Source of the DNA: an uncultured Acidobacteriota bacterium | GTDB lineage: Bacteria > Acidobacteriota > Thermoanaerobaculia > Multivoradales > DATKCC01 | Assembly (NCBI GenBank): GCA_963741925.1 | Contig: CAVUJU010000005.1 | Span: 2,472,534-2,536,533, forward strand | Length of the DNA: 64,000 bases | Direction of reading: 5' to 3' | In this document: in pieces, positions 49,548-62,163 of the stretch | How positions within the stretch are numbered: the first letter of the stretch is position 1 | Layout: each line of letters opens with the position of its first letter | The notes under the pieces: generated by a model | Told to the model about the DNA's origin: nothing | The model's input: only the letters and a program-made list of their open reading frames with translations | Database searches by the model: none | Program-made: the position numbers and the translations under genes

Positions 49548-50383
49548 GGCGGCCCGGCGTGCTGGTCCTGATCCTCCTCCTGGCCGGCCCGCTCACCGGT
49601 CCGATCTGCGGCCAGGAGCCCTCGGACCGTCCCCCGCCACCGGCCCCTTCCGGGCGGACCGGTCCGCCGCTGCCGTTGCCGGCCTCCTCGTGGTCGTCGT
49701 CCGATCCCCGCTCCCAGATCCTGCTGCGCCTCGACTGCGCGAGCCGGATCGACCGGCACGAGGTGACCCTGTTCGGCAACGGCACGGTGCGGCTGCGCAA
49801 GGGGCCGCGGGGCCGCGAGGTGATGCACCTCGGCGAGGTGGGTCCGGACGAGCTCGCCGCGACCCTCGACGAGCTTCGGGCGGACAACCTCTCGGACGTC
49901 GAGCCCGACCCTCTGACCGTCGAAGGCGACTGGGTGGAGAGCTGCCTGCTGGAGCTCGACCTGCCCGAGGCCCCGGCGCCCGATCCGGCGGGGGAGCGCG
50001 GCAGGCCCTCCATGGAAAGCGCCCCGGCTTCGCCCGGGGAAGGCTCCGGTGGCCACTCGCCCCTCGATCGCCGTTTCGGCCGCTACTCGAGCCTGCCCCT
50101 CGCCCTCTCCCGGGTGGTCCAGGTCGCCGACCGGCTCGCCCAGGTGGCCGAGAAGGAGCTTCCGCCCGGTCTCCCGCCCGGCTACGAGCCGGCGCGGGGA
50201 GACGTCCTCGAGCGGACGGACGGGGCCCACTTCCAGGTGGTCGGCTTCACCTCGGACGGCAAGGGCGTGGAGCTCGAAGGGGTGGACAACCCGCTCACCG
50301 TCTACGTCGCCTCCGGCGATCTCGCCCGGACGTTCGTGGGCGTCGTCACCCGGGCTTCGCGGTTCGGCGAGGGCCCGCCGTGA
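49544..50383 (+). CDS. Hypothetical exported protein
   Basis: ATGA coupling with a GGAG RBS; signal-like MRRPGVLVLILLLAG; coupled to rsmD. Confidence 0.7.
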   Translation: MRRPGVLVLILLLAGPLTGPICGQEPSDRPPPPAPSGRTGPPLPLPASSWSSSDPRSQILLRLDCASRIDRHEVTLFGNGTVRLRKGPRGREVMHLGEVGPDELAATLDELRADNLSDVEPDPLTVEGDWVESCLLELDLPEAPAPDPAGERGRPSMESAPASPGEGSGGHSPLDRRFGRYSSLPLALSRVVQVADRLAQVAEKELPPGLPPGYEPARGDVLERTDGAHFQVVGFTSDGKGVELEGVDNPLTVYVASGDLARTFVGVVTRASRFGEGPP

Positions 50384-50946
50384 GCCAGGGGCCGGGCCGG
50401 GTGCGGGCGACGGGCGGGGCCCACCGGGGCCGGTGGCTCGCCGTCCCGCCCGGCGCGCGCCCCACCGAGGGCCGGGTGCGGGAGGCCCTCTTCTCCATCT
50501 GGCGCGAGCCGCTGGAGCGGGGAGCGAGGCTCCTGGACCTCTTCGCCGGCAGCGGCGTGGTCGGGATCGAGGCGGCGGGGCGGGGCGCCCTCCGGGTGGT
50601 CTGCGTCGACGCCGATCGGCGCGCCGTCCCGCTCCTCCAGAGCAACCGTGACCGCCTCGCCGAGGCGCTGGTCGAGATCCGGCGCCTCGACCTGCCGGCG
50701 GGGCTCCGGGAGCTCGCCGGCCGGGGCGAAGGGCCCTTCGATCTGGTGTTCGCCGACCCTCCGTACCGGTTCCCGGGCTACGGGCGGCTCCTCGAAGGGG
50801 TGGCCCCACTCCTCGCGGAGCACGGCGAGGTGGCGATCGAGCACTCGGCCCGGGCCGCGCTCCCCGCCGAGGCCGGTGGCCTGATCCGGGTCGACCAGCG
50901 ACGCTACGGCGAGAGCGCGCTCTCCTTCTACCGCCGGCTGCCCTGA
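50380..50946 (+). CDS. rsmD: 16S rRNA m2G966 methyltransferase
   Basis: RPTEGRVREALF, LDLFAGSG, FADPPY, RRYGES. Confidence 0.92.
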   Translation: MSQGPGRVRATGGAHRGRWLAVPPGARPTEGRVREALFSIWREPLERGARLLDLFAGSGVVGIEAAGRGALRVVCVDADRRAVPLLQSNRDRLAEALVEIRRLDLPAGLRELAGRGEGPFDLVFADPPYRFPGYGRLLEGVAPLLAEHGEVAIEHSARAALPAEAGGLIRVDQRRYGESALSFYRRLP

Positions 50947-52967
50947 GCGCCCCCGGCGGAGCCCCGGTCGAGCGCGGCGAGCCGGGCCTCGATCTCGCCG
51001 GGCGAGGCGGCGCTCGCCGCGCCCACCCGCAGGTAGCGCAGCGCCTCGTCCCGCCGCTCCTGGGCCAGGAGGGCGTCGGCGAGGCGCAGGTAGGCGCCGG
51101 TGCGGGTCGGATCGATCTCCAGGGCGCGGCGGAGGGCGTCCGCCGCTTGCCCGGGGCGGCGAAGCGCCAGCTCGGCGGCGCCGAGGGCGTCCCACGCCAC
51201 CGCCCGGTTCGGCGCCAGCGCGGTGGCGCGCCGCAGCCAGGGGACCGCCGCCTCCGGGCGCCCCTCGCCCAGGAGGACCCGGCCCAGGCCGGCCAGCGGG
51301 TCGGGGCGGTCCGGGTGGTCGGCGACCAGCGCCCGCAGGACCGCCTCCGCCGCCGCCGGCTTCCCCTCGCCGGCGAGGGCCGCCGCCAGCCGCTCCCGGG
51401 CCAGAGGATCGTCGGGCGCTCGGGCCAGGACGCGCCGGAGGCTCGCTTCGGCGGCCGTCCAGCGCTCGAGCCGGAGCTCCCCGCGGGCGAGCGTGAGCCA
51501 GGCCTCGTCCGCGTCCGGCGCGACGGCGTCCAGGCTCGATTCCAGGTAGTCGACGGCCCCGGCCACCGCGACCCCGTCGCGGACCGCCGCCAGGGCCCGG
51601 TAGAGCGCTCCCAGGCGGCCGGCGGGGGCGTGCTCCGGGTCGGCGAGCACCAGGCCGGCGAGGTCCGGGTCCCGCTCCTCGCGCGGCGCGACGAGGGCAG
51701 CGAGGTCCGCGGGCGGCCGCTGGATCCGGTGGTCGGTCATCAGCGCGTGGACCACGTCCTCGGCCCGCCGCCGGGGCATGTGGCAGGCGACGCAGTCGGT
51801 GGCGGCGAGCTCTTGGGTCGGCGCGCCGGACGGAGCCGCCCGTTCGACGGCGGGATGCGCGGCGAGGTCCCCCGCGTGACAGCCGAGGCAGACCTTCCGG
51901 TAGTGGGCCGCCCGCTCGGTTGCCGGCACCTTCCGGTGCGGGTCGTGGCAGGTGAGGCACGAGAGCTCGCCGCCGCTCGCCTGGAAGCACCGGCTCTGCT
52001 CCAGCCGGTACGCCTGGTGGTCGATCTCGAAGCGGTCCCCCGGCCGGCGCCCCACCTCCCGGACGTCCATGCGCACCCGGTAGTCGGCCAGGGCCTCGCC
52101 GGGGCGGAAGGAGAAGTCGGCGCGCCCGAGCCGGCGCACCCCGGGGATCGCCACCGACGGGAGCATGTGGCACTGGTAGCAGACGTCGTCGCGCAGCCGC
52201 GGAGAGAGGCGGGCCGGGTTCACGATCGCCTCCCGGACCATCCCGGAGGTGGCCTCCGGGGAGAGGGCCAGGTGGACGTGGTCCGCCCCCGGCCCGTGGC
52301 AGCGCTGGCAGCCGATGCCCTCGGGCAGGGCGGCGGGGAAGCTCTGCGGGGCGCCCGGCGCGTCGGCCCCCGCCGGGAGATCCGGGTAGGCGTCGTGGCA
52401 GAACAGGCACTCGCGGCGGACGAGGCGGGTGACGCCGGAGTGGTCCGGCCGGTCGTAGCCCGGGGCCATGGCCCACCCTCCCCGGCCCCCGTCCTCCTGC
52501 GAGTACCAGGCGAGGGGGAGCTGGAAGAGCTCGCCCGCGGGTGTGCGGTAGAGGTAGACGCGGGAGTGATTGCCCGAGCCCAGGATGGCCTCGATCGGCT
52601 GCTCGAAGACGTTGACCTCGCGGCCGGCGGCGTCGAGCTGCCAGCGCCGGAAGAGGAGGCCTCCCCCCCGCCGGGTGATCCGGTACCAGCGCTTCGACGG
52701 AGCGTGGTGGGTGGCCGGGGCGTCGAAGTCCTCGATCAGCCGCCCCTCGCGCACCGCCGTCGCCACGCTCACGAAGGAGCGGCTCATCGCCACCGCGCGG
52801 AACGACTCCGCCTCGCCCCGGTGGCAGAGCGCGCACTCCCGGTCGGCGACGTAACCGGCCGCCGGAGGGCCGCTCGGAACCGGCCGGACGGCGGGGGGAG
52901 GCGGCGCGGACGGCGCTGCGGCGAGCGCCAGCCACGCGGCGAAGAAGACGACGAATCGGATCGGCAT
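50928..52967 (-). CDS. Exported multiheme (7 CxxCH) cytochrome c with C-terminal TPRs
   Basis: CALCH, CLFCH, CQRCH, CYQCH, CLTCH, CLGCH, CVACH; signal peptide; TPR repeats. Confidence 0.85.
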   Translation of the reverse strand: MPIRFVVFFAAWLALAAAPSAPPPPAVRPVPSGPPAAGYVADRECALCHRGEAESFRAVAMSRSFVSVATAVREGRLIEDFDAPATHHAPSKRWYRITRRGGGLLFRRWQLDAAGREVNVFEQPIEAILGSGNHSRVYLYRTPAGELFQLPLAWYSQEDGGRGGWAMAPGYDRPDHSGVTRLVRRECLFCHDAYPDLPAGADAPGAPQSFPAALPEGIGCQRCHGPGADHVHLALSPEATSGMVREAIVNPARLSPRLRDDVCYQCHMLPSVAIPGVRRLGRADFSFRPGEALADYRVRMDVREVGRRPGDRFEIDHQAYRLEQSRCFQASGGELSCLTCHDPHRKVPATERAAHYRKVCLGCHAGDLAAHPAVERAAPSGAPTQELAATDCVACHMPRRRAEDVVHALMTDHRIQRPPADLAALVAPREERDPDLAGLVLADPEHAPAGRLGALYRALAAVRDGVAVAGAVDYLESSLDAVAPDADEAWLTLARGELRLERWTAAEASLRRVLARAPDDPLARERLAAALAGEGKPAAAEAVLRALVADHPDRPDPLAGLGRVLLGEGRPEAAVPWLRRATALAPNRAVAWDALGAAELALRRPGQAADALRRALEIDPTRTGAYLRLADALLAQERRDEALRYLRVGAASAASPGEIEARLAALDRGSAGGAQGSRR

Positions 52968-53001
52968 CGGTCGGCCCCGATGCTACCGCGGGCCGGCCGC
53001 C

Positions 53002-53634
53002 TCACACCTCGAGGAAGTACGCGAGCTCCTCGAGGTTGATCCGCAGGTCGACGTCCTTCAAGGGCACGCCGGGGACCGGGCGCACGCGGACCGGGGAGAA
53101 GTTGATCACCCCGCGGATCCCCGCCGCCACCAGGGCGTCGTAGTTCTCCTGGGCGGCCTCGGCGGGCACGCACAGGACGCCGATCTCGGCCCACGACTCG
53201 CGCACCGTCTCCGCCAGCTCCGCGGTCGAGCGGATGACGAAAGTCCCGATCCGGGTGCCGACCTTCGCCGGGTCCCGGTCGACGCCGGCGACCACGTGGA
53301 AGGCCCCGGAGTTGAAGCCGAGGTAGCAGGCCAGCGCGCTCCCCAGGTTGCCCATGCCCACGATCACCAGGCGGTGGCGCCGGTCGAGGCCGAGAAGCTC
53401 CGACAGGTGCTCGATCAGGCGGTCGACCTCGTAGCCCACGCCGCGGATGCCGAAGCCGCCGAAGTGGGCGAGATCCTTGCGGATCTGGGCCGCCGAGAGG
53501 TGGAAGCGGCGGGCGAGCATCTGGGAGGAGACCCGCTCGACGCCCTCCTCCTGGAGACGCCGGAGGCAGCGGAGATAGAACGACAGGCGGTTGAGGGTGA
53601 GCGGGGAGACCGCCGCGGGCTCACGCTCGGGCAC
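53002..53634 (-). CDS. rex: Redox-sensing transcriptional repressor Rex
   Basis: RLSFYLR, QIRKDLAHFGGFGIRGVGY, VGMGNLG, INFSP. Confidence 0.93.
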   Translation of the reverse strand: MPEREPAAVSPLTLNRLSFYLRCLRRLQEEGVERVSSQMLARRFHLSAAQIRKDLAHFGGFGIRGVGYEVDRLIEHLSELLGLDRRHRLVIVGMGNLGSALACYLGFNSGAFHVVAGVDRDPAKVGTRIGTFVIRSTAELAETVRESWAEIGVLCVPAEAAQENYDALVAAGIRGVINFSPVRVRPVPGVPLKDVDLRINLEELAYFLEV

Positions 53635-53636
53635 GG

Positions 53637-55073
53637 CTAGAACCAGCCCATGAGCCAGGCGGGGAAGATGCCCAGCGCCAGGGTGCCGAGGGCGGCCAGC
53701 ACCGCCGCGGTCCGGCCCCAGCCGTCGATCAGCAGGCCGGCGGGCGCCCGGACCTCCTCCTTCATGTAGAGCGTGTAGACCACCCGCAGGTAGTAGTAGA
53801 CGCCCACCAGCGAGGTCGCCACGCCGACCAGGGCGAGCCAGGTCTGGCCGTGGCGCACGGCGTGGAGGAAGACCAGGTACTTGCCCAGGAAGCCCAGGGT
53901 CGGCGGGATGCCGCCCAGCGACAGCATGCACACGGTCAGGCAGAGGCCGAGCAGCGGGAAGCGGTAGCCCCAGCCGGAGAGCTCGGAGATCAGGTGCTGC
54001 TCGCCGGCCCGGGAGTAGAGCATGGCGATCACCGCGAAGGCGCCGGCGTTCATCAGGGCGTAGGCCGCCAGGTAGACGAGCACCGGCGTCCATGAGCTGT
54101 CGGTGCCCGCAGCGCCGAGGTCGAGGCCGGCCAGCGGGATCAGCAGGTAGCCCATGTGGCCGACGCCCGAGTACGCGAGCATGCGCTTGATGTCCTTCTG
54201 GACCAGCGCCAGGAGATTGCCGGTGACCATGGAGAGGACCGCCAGCGTGGCCACGATCGCCGGCCAGTTCGCCCCCAGCAGATGCGGGAAGACGGTGTGC
54301 AGCACCCGGATCAGGACGAAGGCGCTCGCCGCCTTGGGCGCCACCGAGAGGAAGCCCACGTAGGGCGACGGGGCTCCCTGGTACGTGTCGGGCGCCCAGG
54401 CGTGGAAGGGGGCGACGCTCATCTTGAAGCCGAAGCCGGCGATCAGCAGGACGACGCCGATCGCCCCGACCGCCGGCGAGGCGGCCGCCGGCAGCCCGGA
54501 GGCAAACGCCCGGCCGATCCCGGGGAAGAAGGTGGTGCCCGTGGCGCCGTAGACCAGGGCGATGCCGTAGAGCACGAAGGCGCTGGCGAAGGCCCCCATG
54601 AGGAAGTACTTGAGGGCCGCCTCCGAGCCCACCACCACCTTCCGGTTGAAGGCCGCCAGCGCGTAGAGGCAGAGCGACAGGAGCTCGAGGGAGACGAAGA
54701 CGGTCAGCAGCTCGGTCGCTCGGAGCATCAGGAGCATGCCGGTGACCGCCCAGAGCATCAGGGCGTGGTACTCGCCCGAGAGGATCCGCTCCCGCAGCAG
54801 GTAGCTCTGGGAGGCCAGCAGCGCCAGGACGGCGGTGGCGAGGACGATCGTCGAGCCGAGCCCGGTCAGGGGCGTGGACTCGATCAGGCCGCCGAACGAC
54901 GAGCCCGCGGGCAGGCCCCAGACGAACCAGCCGGCGAGGACGACGGCGAGCACCGAGAGGCCGGTGAAGGCCCGCCGCAGACCCGGGGTGAAGGCTTCGA
55001 GCAGCAGGATCAGCGAGCCCGCCGCGGCGAGGGTGATCTCGGGGGCGAGGGTCGCCAGGTCGGGGGCGTTCAT
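53637..55073 (-). CDS. nuoN: NADH-quinone oxidoreductase subunit N
   Basis: EAALKYF, FKMSVAPFHAWAPDTYQGAP, KRMLAYS, GIPPTLGFLGK. Confidence 0.95.
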   Translation of the reverse strand: MNAPDLATLAPEITLAAAGSLILLLEAFTPGLRRAFTGLSVLAVVLAGWFVWGLPAGSSFGGLIESTPLTGLGSTIVLATAVLALLASQSYLLRERILSGEYHALMLWAVTGMLLMLRATELLTVFVSLELLSLCLYALAAFNRKVVVGSEAALKYFLMGAFASAFVLYGIALVYGATGTTFFPGIGRAFASGLPAAASPAVGAIGVVLLIAGFGFKMSVAPFHAWAPDTYQGAPSPYVGFLSVAPKAASAFVLIRVLHTVFPHLLGANWPAIVATLAVLSMVTGNLLALVQKDIKRMLAYSGVGHMGYLLIPLAGLDLGAAGTDSSWTPVLVYLAAYALMNAGAFAVIAMLYSRAGEQHLISELSGWGYRFPLLGLCLTVCMLSLGGIPPTLGFLGKYLVFLHAVRHGQTWLALVGVATSLVGVYYYLRVVYTLYMKEEVRAPAGLLIDGWGRTAAVLAALGTLALGIFPAWLMGWF

Positions 55074-56661
55074 CGGGTCACCTCCGGGGCCGCCGCGAGC
55101 CGGTCGCCCGATGCCGTCGTCACGAGCCGCGCCTCCTCGGGGGGCGGGCTCGCGACCCGCTCCTGGTAGCGCGCCAGGGTCTGCTCGAGGGCCGGCCGGC
55201 TCGGCTCGATGAAGGTCTTGGGCGCCACGCCGATCCAGAGCATGAAGACCGCGAGCGGCACCAGGGTGACGATCTCGCGGACCGAGAGGTCCGGGACCGT
55301 GCGGTTCTCCTCCCGGGTCACCGGCCCCCAGATGGTGCGGGCGATCATCTTCAGCAGGTAGACGGCGGCGAGCACCACGCCGAACGTGGCGAGGATCACC
55401 GGCCAGCCCAGGGTCCGGAAGCTGCCGACCAGGATCAGGAACTCGCCGACGAAGCCGTTCAGGGCCGGCAGGCCGACCGAGGCGAGCGACGAGAAGACCA
55501 GGAAGAAGGCGAAGAAGGGCATGGCCTTGGCGAGGCCGCCCAGCTCGTCGAAGCGCTTCGTGTGGCGCCGCTCGTAGACCATCCCCACCAGCAGGAAGAG
55601 GGCGCCGGTCGAGATCCCGTGGTTGACCATCTGGAGGAGCGAGCCCTGCCACGCGATGGCGTCGAAGGCGAGGAGGCCGAGCATCACGAAGGCCAGGTGG
55701 GCGACCGAGGAGTAGGCGACCAGCTTCTTCATGTCCTCCTGCACCCAGGCGACCAGGGCGCCGTAGAGGATGCCCACGACGGCCAGGGTGAGGAGCAGCG
55801 GCTGGGCGCGCTGGGCGGCGTGGGGGAAGAGCGGCAGGGCGAAGCGCAGGAAGCCGTAGGTGCCGAGCTTGAGGAGCACTCCGGCGAGGATCACCGAGCC
55901 GCCGGTCGGGGCCTCGACGTGGGCGTCGGGCAGCCAGGTGTGGAGCGGCACCATGGGCACCTTGATGGCGAAGGCCAGGGCGAAGGCCGCGAACAGCCAG
56001 ATCTGGGTGCCCAGCGGCAGCGAGAGCTGGAGCAGGTCGCTGTAGGCGAAGCTCCAGGTGCCGGTCACCCGGGCGTAGGTCCCACCCATGAAGAGCAGGG
56101 CGACCAGCATCAGCAGGCTCCCCACCATCGTGTAGAGGAAGAACTTGACCGCCGCGTAGATCCGCCGCTCGCCGCCCCAGATGCCGATGATCAGGTACAT
56201 GGGCACCAGGGAGATCTCGAAGAAGACGTAGAAGAGGAAGAGGTCGAAGGCCAGGAAGGTGCCGAGGACCCCGGTGGTCAGGAGCAGGAGCGATGCGGCG
56301 TAACCCGGCCAGTGGCGCGGGATGCCGCGCCAGGTACCGAGCACCACGATGGGCAGGAGCAGGCAGGAGAGGAGGACGAGGGGCATGGAGATGCCGTCGG
56401 CCACCAGGTGATAGGAGATCCCGTAGGCGGCGATCCACCGATAGACGCCGTCCGTCGCCTGCTCGAAGTGCCCGCCCGAGACGTGGCTCGCCGCGTACCG
56501 AACGGCGAAGACCAGCTCGGCCAGCGACACGATCAGGGTGTAGAGCTTGGTGAACCGCTCGTCGTCCCGCCGCACGAGCAGCAGCGGCAGCGCCGCCACG
56601 GTCGGGAAGAAGACCAGCCGGGTGAGGGTGTTGCCGAACAGAAGCGCGAGGAACGTGGCCA

Positions 56662-56662
<1 letters not shown>
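55070..56662 (-). CDS. nuoM: NADH-quinone oxidoreductase subunit M
   Basis: KFFLYT, KVPMVPLHTWLPDAHVEAP, KKLVAYSS, NGFVGEF. Confidence 0.95.
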
Positions 56663-58599
<1,937 letters not shown>

Positions 58600-58603
58600 G
58601 GCC

Positions 58604-58909
58604 TCACCACCGCATCAGGTTGACCCGGTCGACGTCGATCGTCCGCCGGTGCCGGTAGAGGGCGATGAACAGGGCCAGGCCGACCGCCGCCTCGGCCGCG
58701 GCGACCGCGAGCACGAAGAGGACCACGATCTGCCCGGTCCGATCCCCCAGCAGGCGCGAGAAGCCGACCAGCGTCAGGTTGACCGAGTTGAGCATGAGCT
58801 CGATGGACAAGAAGATGGTGATCCCGTTGCGGCGGGTCAAGGCACCCGCCGTGCCGATGGCGAACATGGCGGCCGCCAGCATCAGGTACCAGGAGACGGG
58901 AACGCTCAT
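58604..58909 (-). CDS. nuoK: NADH-quinone oxidoreductase subunit K
   Basis: SIELMLNSVNL, VAAAEAAVGLA. Confidence 0.95.
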   Translation of the reverse strand: MSVPVSWYLMLAAAMFAIGTAGALTRRNGITIFLSIELMLNSVNLTLVGFSRLLGDRTGQIVVLFVLAVAAAEAAVGLALFIALYRHRRTIDVDRVNLMRW

Positions 58910-59451
58910 CGCGGGCCCTCCGGGGTCTCGTCGCCGCCGGGTCCGGTGGTCGGCTCGGGGCGCTTGGCCAGGATGTAGGCGGCGATCACCGCCACCAGCA
59001 GCAGGAGCCCGACGATCTCGAACGGCAGGAGGAAGCGGTCGAAGAGCTCCGCCGCCAGGCCGCGGAGCGCCACGAAGCGCTCGTCGAGGGGCCCCGCCGA
59101 GCTCCCCGCCACCCCGCGCCAGACGGTGCCGCCGGCCAGCAGGGCGAAGGCGAGCGTCCCGAGGATCGCGAACAGGCGCTGGCCGCCTCCTCCCTGCTCG
59201 GGGCGCGCTTCCCGCGAGACGTTGAGCAACATGACCACGAACAGGAACAGCACGACGATGGCGCCGGTGTAGATCAGCACCTGGAGGGTGCCGATGAACG
59301 GCGCGCCGAGGAGGACGAAGAGGACCGCCGTCGAGGCCAGGGTGAGGACCAGGCTCAGGGTCGACTTCACCGGGTCGCGGTGGAGGACGACCACCAGGGC
59401 CGAGCCCAGGGCGAAGAGGGCGAAGAGGAGAAAGATTGCCAACTCCATCAT
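58906..59451 (-). CDS. nuoJ: NADH-quinone oxidoreductase subunit J
   Basis: QVLIYTGAIVVLFLFVVMLL, LPFEIVGLLLL. Confidence 0.93.
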   Translation of the reverse strand: MMELAIFLLFALFALGSALVVVLHRDPVKSTLSLVLTLASTAVLFVLLGAPFIGTLQVLIYTGAIVVLFLFVVMLLNVSREARPEQGGGGQRLFAILGTLAFALLAGGTVWRGVAGSSAGPLDERFVALRGLAAELFDRFLLPFEIVGLLLLVAVIAAYILAKRPEPTTGPGGDETPEGPR

Positions 59452-60470
59452 AGCCACCCCGCGAGGCTCGCCGAAGCGACCCAGATCAGGTTGAGGATGG
59501 CGAGCGGCAGGAGCACCTTCCAACCGATGGCCATGAGCTGGTCGTAGCGGAAGCGGGGAAAGCTCCACCGCACCCAGACGAAGAAGAAGAGGAAGAGCAG
59601 GATCTTGACCAGCAGCACCACCGCCCCGATCACCACGCCGAGGATCCCCAGGGCCGCGAGATCGACCCCCGGCAGGTGCCAGCCGCCCAGGAACAGGGTG
59701 GCGGCGAGCGCCGAGAGGATGGTCATGCTGGCGTACTCCGCCATGAAGAAGGCGGCGAAGCGCATGGCGCTGTACTCGGTGTGGTAGCCGGCCACCAGCT
59801 CCGACTCGGCCTCCGGCAGGTCGAAGGGCAGGCGGTTGGTCTCGGCGAAGGCGGCGATCACGAAGACCAGGAAGCCCACGCACTGGGGAATGGCGTTCCA
59901 GACGTGCGCGATCTGGTAGCTGACCACGTCGTCGAGCCGGAAGGAGCCCACCGGCAGCAGGACCGCCACCACGCTCAGGGTGAGCGCCAGCTCGTAGCTG
60001 ATCATCTGCGCCGAGGCGCGGATCGAGCCCAGCAGCGAGAACTTGTTGTTCGAGGCGTAGCCCGCCATCACCAGGGAGTAGACCCCGAGGCTCGCGATCG
60101 CCAGGAACAGGAGCACCCCGGTGTCGACGTCGGCGACCATCATGGGGACCCGCTGGCCGGCGATCTCGATCGTCGGGCCGAGCGGGATGACCACGAAGGT
60201 GGAGAAGCCCGGGATCAACGCCAGGATCGGCGCCATCAGGTAGAGGACGCGGTCGGCATCCCGCGGCAGGACGTCCTCCTTGAAGATGAACTTCAGCGCG
60301 TCGGCCAGGGGCTGGAGCAGGCCCAGGGGGCCCAGGCGGTTCGGTCCGGGCCGGTCCTGCATCAGGGCGCCGCCCCGCCGCTCCACCCAGACCATGACCG
60401 GCACGACGGTCAGCAGGAGGACCAGGAAGGCCGCCAGCTTGGCGAGCATGGCCACGGTTTGGACGCTCAC
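59448..60470 (-). CDS. nuoH: NADH-quinone oxidoreductase subunit H
   Basis: QDRPGPNR, QPLADALK, AETNRLPFDLPEAESELVAG, PRFRYDQLM. Confidence 0.96.
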   Translation of the reverse strand: MSVQTVAMLAKLAAFLVLLLTVVPVMVWVERRGGALMQDRPGPNRLGPLGLLQPLADALKFIFKEDVLPRDADRVLYLMAPILALIPGFSTFVVIPLGPTIEIAGQRVPMMVADVDTGVLLFLAIASLGVYSLVMAGYASNNKFSLLGSIRASAQMISYELALTLSVVAVLLPVGSFRLDDVVSYQIAHVWNAIPQCVGFLVFVIAAFAETNRLPFDLPEAESELVAGYHTEYSAMRFAAFFMAEYASMTILSALAATLFLGGWHLPGVDLAALGILGVVIGAVVLLVKILLFLFFFVWVRWSFPRFRYDQLMAIGWKVLLPLAILNLIWVASASLAGWL

Positions 60471-60525
60471 GTGCGGCTCCTCGAAGATGGATTCGGTTCG
60501 GTCGGTCGGCGTGGGAGTCGAGCGA

Positions 60526-62160
60526 TCAGCCCTCGAGGGCCGGCTCGGGCGTCTCCCTCGGCGCCTCGATGGGCGTACCCGTAGCCGGCAGCTCGTCGAA
60601 GGCGAGGCCCGCGAGGGGGCCGCCCTCCGACGCCAGGCGGTCGAAGACCTCGGCGGCGCTCATCTGGTCGCTCCAGCGGGCGTCGAAGCGCGAGAGCAGG
60701 TCGCCCAGGGCCTCGATCGCGGGTCGCGCCTGGCCGGGGGCCGGGAACGCCCGCTCGAAGCGCTGGAGACGCCAGGCGACGTTGACGAACGTGCCGCTCG
60801 TCTCGGCGTGATTGGCCGTCGGCAGGGCCACGTCGGCGGCCTTGGCGAGGGGCGTGTCGGCCCAGCCCAGGACCACCAGGAACTTCGCCCGGCGCAGGCG
60901 CTCGACCCTCGCCGGATCGTGGGCGGCGGCGCCGAAGTCGCTGTCGGCCACCACCAGCACCGCGCAGCGCTCCGCGCCGTCGCCCGCGACCAGCTCGGCG
61001 GCGCTCATCCCGCCCTCGCGCGCCGCGAGGCCGGCGAGCTCGGCGCCGCGGCGGTTGGGCCCGGCCTCGGTGCCGGAGATGCCGCCGTGGGTGTTGGGGA
61101 TGGACCGCTGCGGCCCCTCGTCCACCCAGACGTCCCGGTGCGGCGAACCGACGTGATCGGCGACCTGAGCCAGCAGGTAGGCGGCCTCGGTCGAGAGGTT
61201 CGCCGAGCCCAGGAAGGCGACGGCGCCGCCGGTCGAGCGCGAGGTCAGGGCGTGGTGCACGGCGTCCAGGGCGGCCGCCCAGGTCGCCGGCTCGGCGGCC
61301 TCGCCGGCGCCGATCCGGGGCGCATCGAGGCGGGGCAGCCGGCCGTAGCGCTCGTGGGTCGAGCGGCCGTAGTCGCACATCCAGTAGTCGTTGACCTCGG
61401 GATTGAAGCGCGGCTTGTAGCGCCGGATCGCCCCCCGGCGGTGCTCGAGGGTGACGTTGCAGCCGACCTCGCAGCCGGTGCACAGCGACGGCTTCTTGTC
61501 CAGGTACCAGACCCGCTCGGCGAAGCGGAAGCGGGTCGAGGTGAGCGCGCCCACCGGGCAGATGTCGACCACGTTGCCGGCCAGCGGGTCGTCGAGCTCC
61601 GCACCCGGAAAGGTGCCGATCTCGGTCCTGGCGCCCCGGTTGAAGAAGCCGAGCGAGCCGGTGCCCGAGATCTCGCGGGTGAAGCGCACGCAGCGGGTGC
61701 ACTGGATGCACCGGTTCATGTTGAGGAGCACGCTCGGCCCGAGCGGGATCCGCTCCCGGCCCGGGTAGGTGCGCTTCTCCTCGTAGCGGAAGCGGGAGAA
61801 GGACTGGCCGTGCTCGAAGGCGTAGTCCTGGAGGCCGCACTCACCGGCCTGGTCGCAGATCGAGCAGTCGAGCGGGTGGTTGATGAGGAGGAACTCCATC
61901 ATCGCCCGCTGGGCCTCCTCGACCTCCGGCACGTCGGTGCGGATCTCCATGCCGTCCTTCTGCACGGTGACCGAGCAGCCGGCCTGGAGCTTCGGGTGGC
62001 CGTCGACCTGGACCAGGCACATCCGGCACTGGCCGACCACCGAGAGCCGCGGGTGGTAGCAGTAGTGGGGGATCTGCACCCCCACCCGCTTCGCGGCCTC
62101 GATGACGTTGGTTCCGGCCTCGACCTCGACGGTCCGGCCGTTGATCGTGACGCTGGGCAT
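60526..62160 (-). CDS. nuoG: NADH-quinone oxidoreductase subunit G (compact, 544 aa)
   Basis: CYHP...CRMC, HPLDCSICDQAGEC, CIQCTRC, CPVGAL, CTGCEVGC Fe-S motifs. Confidence 0.92.
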   Translation of the reverse strand: MPSVTINGRTVEVEAGTNVIEAAKRVGVQIPHYCYHPRLSVVGQCRMCLVQVDGHPKLQAGCSVTVQKDGMEIRTDVPEVEEAQRAMMEFLLINHPLDCSICDQAGECGLQDYAFEHGQSFSRFRYEEKRTYPGRERIPLGPSVLLNMNRCIQCTRCVRFTREISGTGSLGFFNRGARTEIGTFPGAELDDPLAGNVVDICPVGALTSTRFRFAERVWYLDKKPSLCTGCEVGCNVTLEHRRGAIRRYKPRFNPEVNDYWMCDYGRSTHERYGRLPRLDAPRIGAGEAAEPATWAAALDAVHHALTSRSTGGAVAFLGSANLSTEAAYLLAQVADHVGSPHRDVWVDEGPQRSIPNTHGGISGTEAGPNRRGAELAGLAAREGGMSAAELVAGDGAERCAVLVVADSDFGAAAHDPARVERLRRAKFLVVLGWADTPLAKAADVALPTANHAETSGTFVNVAWRLQRFERAFPAPGQARPAIEALGDLLSRFDARWSDQMSAAEVFDRLASEGGPLAGLAFDELPATGTPIEAPRETPEPALEG

Positions 62161-62163
62161 CGC

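Noticed and set aside
46835-50383. 1182-aa ORF as a single novel fusion protein
   Set aside because: Artefact of the frameshift at about 48218: off-frame read-through joins the CBS gene to the separate 49544-50383 gene
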